The translations under genes and the position numbers were made by a program. Positions 59,850-64,000 of a stretch of DNA of 64,000 nt are shown here, piece after piece (the first letter of the stretch is position 1; the number at the start of each line of letters is the position of its first letter). This DNA comes from Candidatus Woesearchaeota archaeon (GTDB lineage Archaea; Nanobdellota; Nanobdellia; CAYMVK01; CAYYFB01), in the NCBI GenBank assembly GCA_964471255.1, contig CAYYFB010000003.1, positions 359 through 64,358 of the forward strand, written 5' to 3'. The notes beneath the pieces were generated by a model. That model was not told where the DNA came from. It did no database searches and saw nothing but the letters and a program-made list of their open reading frames with translations.

Positions 59850-60836
59850 TTAATAAGAGTGCTGGAGATAATCTAAAAGATAAATTATGTTGTCAAACGA
59901 AAGGACAGGTATTTTTACTTTATTCCAAATTTCCTCTTTCATATTTACTTTAATAGGATGGCATTCCCTGTACACCCAGGTAATTCCTGGCAATTCTTTC
60001 TTCTCTTCTTTACATTGCATTTTCCAACCAACTTCATTTTCCTTCGGCATAATGAATATTGTTTTGTTCCCTTTCTTGCAAGCCTCTGCCTTCTCCATTA
60101 TCCCTCCGACTTTTCTAAGCTTCCCTAGATTATCTATTGCTCCAGTTATGCAAACATTATTTGGGAATTCCTTTCCTGTTAGGGTAAAATACAGGGCTGA
60201 GGTTAGGGCTGCTCCAATGCTTGGGCCATCTATTGTAACATTTTTCCCACTAAAACTTATATAAATATCATACTTTGAAGTATCTATTCCTAGAATGCCC
60301 TTAACAATATTCATCGACTCACTTATTGTCTCTTGAAGTTCTACCCCATATAATGGGCCAAGATTTACATAAAGCCTTCCCGCTCCAGGGCAAGCTCTAA
60401 TGGAAACATTAACTAAGACTCCCTTTCCATCCGAGACTGCTGGAGCTTGAAACTCATTTGAATAGCAAGCCTCTATTGTTTTATTTTTAATTATTCTTCC
60501 TACTCTCTGTATTTCTCTTTCGCAAATAACTATTTTTGACTTGCTATCATATACTAGCTTTAGTGCTCCAGCTTCCCTAATCCTACATGCCTCTTCTGAA
60601 TTCTTATCTAGAAATCTTGAACAAATTAGTGCTCCAGTATCTACATCATACACATTAACTTTCCCACTATAGCCCCTAGAAGAAATTATAAGGTAATTAT
60701 GCTTGCAATAAGCAAAAATTGCCTCCCTTTCTCCGCTTCCATATTTTGACATTCTTAGATTTTGATGGCCAAGAAAGAGCATTTCAAGCAAGGCTAAAAT
60801 TCCTAAGCAGATTACTCCTATTCTTACTAAATCCAT
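59850..60836 (-). CDS. N-terminally anchored Lon-like (S16) serine protease
   Basis: It has an N-terminal TM. TIDGPSIGAALTSALYFTLTG carries the Ser and ITGAIDNLGKLRKVGGIMEKAEA the Lys. It is a paralogue of the catalytic domain at 4187-5785. Confidence 0.65.
   Translation of the reverse strand: MDLVRIGVICLGILALLEMLFLGHQNLRMSKYGSGEREAIFAYCKHNYLIISSRGYSGKVNVYDVDTGALICSRFLDKNSEEACRIREAGALKLVYDSKSKIVICEREIQRVGRIIKNKTIEACYSNEFQAPAVSDGKGVLVNVSIRACPGAGRLYVNLGPLYGVELQETISESMNIVKGILGIDTSKYDIYISFSGKNVTIDGPSIGAALTSALYFTLTGKEFPNNVCITGAIDNLGKLRKVGGIMEKAEACKKGNKTIFIMPKENEVGWKMQCKEEKKELPGITWVYRECHPIKVNMKEEIWNKVKIPVLSFDNIIYLLDYLQHSY
60380..60388 (-). repeat. CTGGAGCGG word, copy 18
   Basis: Exact 9-mer on the sense strand of the S16 protease gene but out of frame (read as P-G-A-G). 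Confidence 0.95.
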
Positions 60837-60872
60837 AAAAAAAGATTAGGTATTATATTAAAGATAACCTAA

Positions 60873-62120
60873 CTAGAAATAATAGGGTTTAACATAATAA
60901 ACCAGGGTATTTTTATATCTCTCCATTTTGACTTCTCTTAAATTAATGACAAAGGCAGCCTTTGGTGAATATTCTTTTATAAAAAGCTTTAGTCCGGGGG
61001 TTATCTTGCTTTTCAGTGTCTTGACCTCTATTGGAATTAGTTCCCCTCCCTTCTCCAGAACAAAATCCACTTCTGTTTTTTCTTTTGTCCTCCAATATTT
61101 TATTTCAAAGTCTTTTAAATTTCTTCTTAACTCATTAAAGATAAAATTCTCAATTATTTCCCCTTTATTATATCTATCCTCAAAATCTCTAAAATCATTT
61201 AAAATAGAATTAGCTAACCCCTGATCCAGAAAATATATTTTTCTCGCTTTTTTTATCTCCTTAATTGGATTTCTAAAAAACGGCTTTACATTAAAGAAAA
61301 AATAAGTATACTTTAGAATTGAAAAGTAATTGGAAAGAGTCTTATAGGAAATTCCTAAATCTGAGGATGCAGAAGAAAGATTTAATACTTTTCCTATTTT
61401 ATAAACTAAGTATTTAGCAAAGCTCATAAACTTGTCAGTATCTCTTATATCAAAGAAAAAAGAAACATCCCTCTCTAAATAGGTCAATATAATGTTTTTA
61501 AGGATTTCTTTTTTTATCTTTTCATCCTCTTCTTTTGCAACAGCAGGCATTCCCCCAAATTTTAGATATTCACTAAATAGAGAGTAAAACTCCCTTTCGA
61601 AAGGAATTTCATATATATCTTTAGCTTCTCCAGAGATTGCTTCAATTAGAAACCTTTTTGCCTCCCTAATAAAGGGCAATAAATCCTTTGATTTCCAACT
61701 TATAAATTCCTCAAAATCTAGTGGAAATAACTCAAAATAAACGCATCTACCTACCAAATAGGCCCCTACTGGAACTTTAATATCAAAAGAGCCGGAGCCT
61801 GTAACCACAAGCTTTATTTTTTCTGAATAGAGATCATAAATTAGCTTCAATATTTTTCCTGCCTTCTTTGAATACTGGATTTCATCTATATACAAAATCT
61901 TGTTCTTTTGATACCTTCTTATAAATTCCTTTGGGTTTCTTTCGAATTCTCTTTTTACGTCCATATCTTCAAGCGTAATATATTTTCCTCCATATTTTTC
62001 TTCGAAATGTCTAAGTAAGGTTGTTTTTCCTGCCTGTCTTGGCCCTTTTATTACAATTATTTCTTTTCTCTTCATAAACTTATCTATTTCTTCCTCGAGC
62101 TTCCTTGGATAGTACTCCAT
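60873..62120 (-). CDS. AAA+ ATPase of the AAA_14/DUF4143 type
   Basis: IVIKGPRQAGKTTLL (Walker A) and LYIDEIQ (Walker B), plus a C-terminal DUF4143-like region ending with a restriction-endonuclease-like EVDFVLE...IPIEVK. Confidence 0.8.
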   Translation of the reverse strand: MEYYPRKLEEEIDKFMKRKEIIVIKGPRQAGKTTLLRHFEEKYGGKYITLEDMDVKREFERNPKEFIRRYQKNKILYIDEIQYSKKAGKILKLIYDLYSEKIKLVVTGSGSFDIKVPVGAYLVGRCVYFELFPLDFEEFISWKSKDLLPFIREAKRFLIEAISGEAKDIYEIPFEREFYSLFSEYLKFGGMPAVAKEEDEKIKKEILKNIILTYLERDVSFFFDIRDTDKFMSFAKYLVYKIGKVLNLSSASSDLGISYKTLSNYFSILKYTYFFFNVKPFFRNPIKEIKKARKIYFLDQGLANSILNDFRDFEDRYNKGEIIENFIFNELRRNLKDFEIKYWRTKEKTEVDFVLEKGGELIPIEVKTLKSKITPGLKLFIKEYSPKAAFVINLREVKMERYKNTLVYYVKPYYF

Positions 62121-62276
62121 AAAAAGTATAGAATTTTTTGGTATATATATCCAAATTTAGTTCAGACTTGCTTGGTGGGTTAGGAGCTTTGAATGATAAG
62201 AACTCTTTTCTGAAGCGACTCTAGAAATATTCTGTTGTTGCTTCAACTTAGAGCATAATAGTTTTTATATTTCTCA

Positions 62277-62516
62277 ATGTGTTTAAATATGCAACTAGTA
62301 ATTAAAGCGGTACTTTATCGAATCTCTTCATGGCTAATTACTTTCATTGTTATTTTTGTATTTACCCATAACTTCCCAGCAACAACATTTTTAACCCTAT
62401 TTATCGAAGGTCTGAAGACTTTTTGGTATTATACCTATGATAAGCTGTGGTTGTGGATGAAAAGCAAGACTTCAGGTACAAACGAAACCAAAAATTTTAT
62501 AAGAAAAAATCACTGA
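62277..62516 (+). CDS. Small membrane protein (DUF2061-like)
   Basis: Two TM helices and the FWYYTYDKLW motif, which resembles the DUF2061 YY.HER.W. Confidence 0.35.
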   Translation: MCLNMQLVIKAVLYRISSWLITFIVIFVFTHNFPATTFLTLFIEGLKTFWYYTYDKLWLWMKSKTSGTNETKNFIRKNH

Positions 62517-62718
62517 ATAAACTGTTTTACTCGTAGTATTTTTAGTAGGGAATAAACAAGAGATTTAATGTAATAAAATAACCATCTATAGATCTCCTTA
62601 ATACTTGCTTTCTCCTTAATTCTTTCTTTTTTAATTTTCGTCCTTCCCATTTATTAAGGACTAATATCCCTTCTCCCCGCGTCCCAATATACTAGCCGAC
62701 CAACTTCTGGTTCGGTTA

Positions 62719-62961
62719 TTATCCATTGATTACCAGCCATACCCCGTAACTTATATTAGCTATTTCCCCTATCTCTGATTGGGAAAGATTAATAGCTCCA
62801 ATATCTTTTAACTCTTTGAGTATATGCCTTACGACATGCTTTGCAGCAATATTTTCTGGATTTTTCCAGAACTCACAGCTTTCCTTTTCTATTTCTCCTG
62901 AGGCTATAAAATTTTTAATAGTTACTTGGATTCTTATGCCTTCCTCTTCATAATAAAGCAA
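62719..62961 (-). CDS. Hypothetical small protein (TTG start)
   Basis: 80-aa ORF with a non-ATG start and no motif. It lies in a locally low-density region. Confidence 0.25.
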   Translation of the reverse strand: MLYYEEEGIRIQVTIKNFIASGEIEKESCEFWKNPENIAAKHVVRHILKELKDIGAINLSQSEIGEIANISYGVWLVING

Positions 62962-63096
62962 AATAAGATAAATATCTGCATAATATGCTTTAACTTATTC
63001 TATCCTATCTATAAATGGGGACCTAACCAAAGCAACATTGGCTTTTTGAAAGTGTTCATCAATTTTGCTCTTTATTTCTAACCAGAAATAGCTCTC

Positions 63097-63942
63097 CTAT
63101 ACAAAAACAAACATCGCACCGACAAACATCAGAATTGACCCAAATATTTTTTGTTTTATCCTCTTTGTTTCACCGAGAAAAGTTATGCCTGCAAAGGTCG
63201 TAACAAGAACTGATACTCTCATTAAAGGAAATGCTAAGCTTAGTTCTAAGTATTTATAGGCAGTTAGTTGAAAATAAAATCTCCATGCTGACATAAAGGA
63301 GGTTAAGGCTATAAAGCCAGCAGCCTCTCTAATAAAATTAAGCATTCTCTCCTTTCTCTTGACAATTAAAGGGAGGAAGTAGACTGCAGGTAAAATAAAC
63401 TGAAGAAATCCATAAAAATTTTGGGAGAAGCATTGAATTGCAATTTTGTCGAGTAGTGCTGATAAGGAAATAAAAAATGCGGTTATGATTGCCAATTGAA
63501 CCCCTCTTTCTGAGATCCTTCTAAAGGGTTTCTTTTCAAATGTTAGAACAAATAATCCTAAAAAGATAAAAACAGATGATATTACCCTAAAGATTGTTAT
63601 TTCTTCTTTAAGGAAAAGAAAGGACAATAGTAAAACAAAGAATATTCTTAAATTCATTAAAGGTGACCTTATAGATACCTCCAGAAGCTGGTGGGACTTA
63701 AAACCAGTAAAGGCTGCAAGAAACCAGAATAGGGAAGAAGCAAAGCAAAGAATCCAAGGATACAGATGGTTTGGGTAGGTTATTCCTTGTAAAAGAGAAG
63801 GTACAAAATACAAAGAGGAGTACAGATTGAAAAGAAATCCATATAAAATAAAATCTATTTTTCTTCTCAAAACAAATCGATGGATTACTCCATTAATTCC
63901 CTGGAAAAGAATAGTAAAAAAGAGCGCTACATAGCCTATCAT
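63097..63942 (-). CDS. EamA/DMT-superfamily transporter
   Basis: 281 aa with about 10 TM segments in the two-repeat 5+5 arrangement typical of EamA. Confidence 0.7.
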   Translation of the reverse strand: MIGYVALFFTILFQGINGVIHRFVLRRKIDFILYGFLFNLYSSLYFVPSLLQGITYPNHLYPWILCFASSLFWFLAAFTGFKSHQLLEVSIRSPLMNLRIFFVLLLSFLFLKEEITIFRVISSVFIFLGLFVLTFEKKPFRRISERGVQLAIITAFFISLSALLDKIAIQCFSQNFYGFLQFILPAVYFLPLIVKRKERMLNFIREAAGFIALTSFMSAWRFYFQLTAYKYLELSLAFPLMRVSVLVTTFAGITFLGETKRIKQKIFGSILMFVGAMFVFV

Positions 63943-63972
63943 ATTTTATATGATATTTACTATTCAAGAATC

Positions 63973-64000
63973 CGCCGCGGGGAGGACTCGAACCTCCGAC
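63973..64000 (-). tRNA. 3' portion of a tRNA gene running off the window (identity undetermined)
   Basis: The reverse complement reads ...GTC-GGAGG-TTCGAGT-CCTCC-CCGCGGC-G: T arm, 7-nt acceptor strand and discriminator G. Confidence 0.7.

Noticed and set aside
4174-60388. Explaining the CTGGAGCGG word purely as a conserved Leu-Glu-Arg peptide or a codon-bias effect
   Set aside because: Five copies are out of frame or antisense. The LER-containing proteins are unrelated. Seventeen of the other 18 LER tripeptides use A/T-rich codons. A peptide-level cause alone therefore does not fit, although it still needs a quantitative test.
1-64000. CRISPR arrays, rRNA genes, transposases, integrases or prophage blocks
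   Set aside because: I found no regularly spaced direct repeats, no rRNA-like GC-rich stretch beyond the tRNAs and sRNA, and no recombinase or transposase motifs in any ORF.

Overview
This is a 64-kb window from a very compact, AT-rich archaeal chromosome (roughly one-third G+C by eye). Proteins are K/E/I-rich, the tRNAs are GC-rich, and many genes abut or overlap. The gene content suggests a small-genome, probably thermophilic, DPANN/Nanoarchaeota-like lineage: short housekeeping proteins, a primase catalytic subunit carrying an extra helical domain, and an apparent tRNA-Ile(UAU). That assignment is inference only. Recognisable genes fall into six groups. (1) Energy metabolism: pyruvate:ferredoxin oxidoreductase, split into an orphan porB and a separate porGDA block. 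(2) Translation and RNA: cca, kae1, serS, dtdA, deoxyhypusine synthase, a MiaB-like methylthiotransferase, aIF1A-RIO-KH, aIF2-beta and a short KsgA-like protein. (3) DNA metabolism: Rad50-like, PriS, a ThyX-like tandem protein, Hjc, a DHH phosphoesterase and an Lhr-type helicase. (4) An N-glycosylation/type IV pilus locus: AglB, ATPase, split platform and two pilins. (5) A second orphan secretion ATPase. (6) A seven-gene membrane/surface operon built around MoxR-DUF58 and a Lon-like S16 protease. RNA genes are four complete tRNAs (Leu-CAG, intron-containing Ile-UAU, Gly-UCC, Gln-UUG), one partial tRNA and one textbook C/D box sRNA. No CRISPR array, rRNA, transposase or integrase is visible. 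The most unusual signal is an exact GC-rich 9-mer, CTGGAGCGG. It occurs 18 times, always inside genes, in several reading frames and both orientations. It clusters at 39.8-49.8 kb, and 13 copies encode Leu-Glu-Arg with codons atypical for this genome. This looks like a DNA-level word (uptake-, Chi- or architecture-type) rather than a protein feature.
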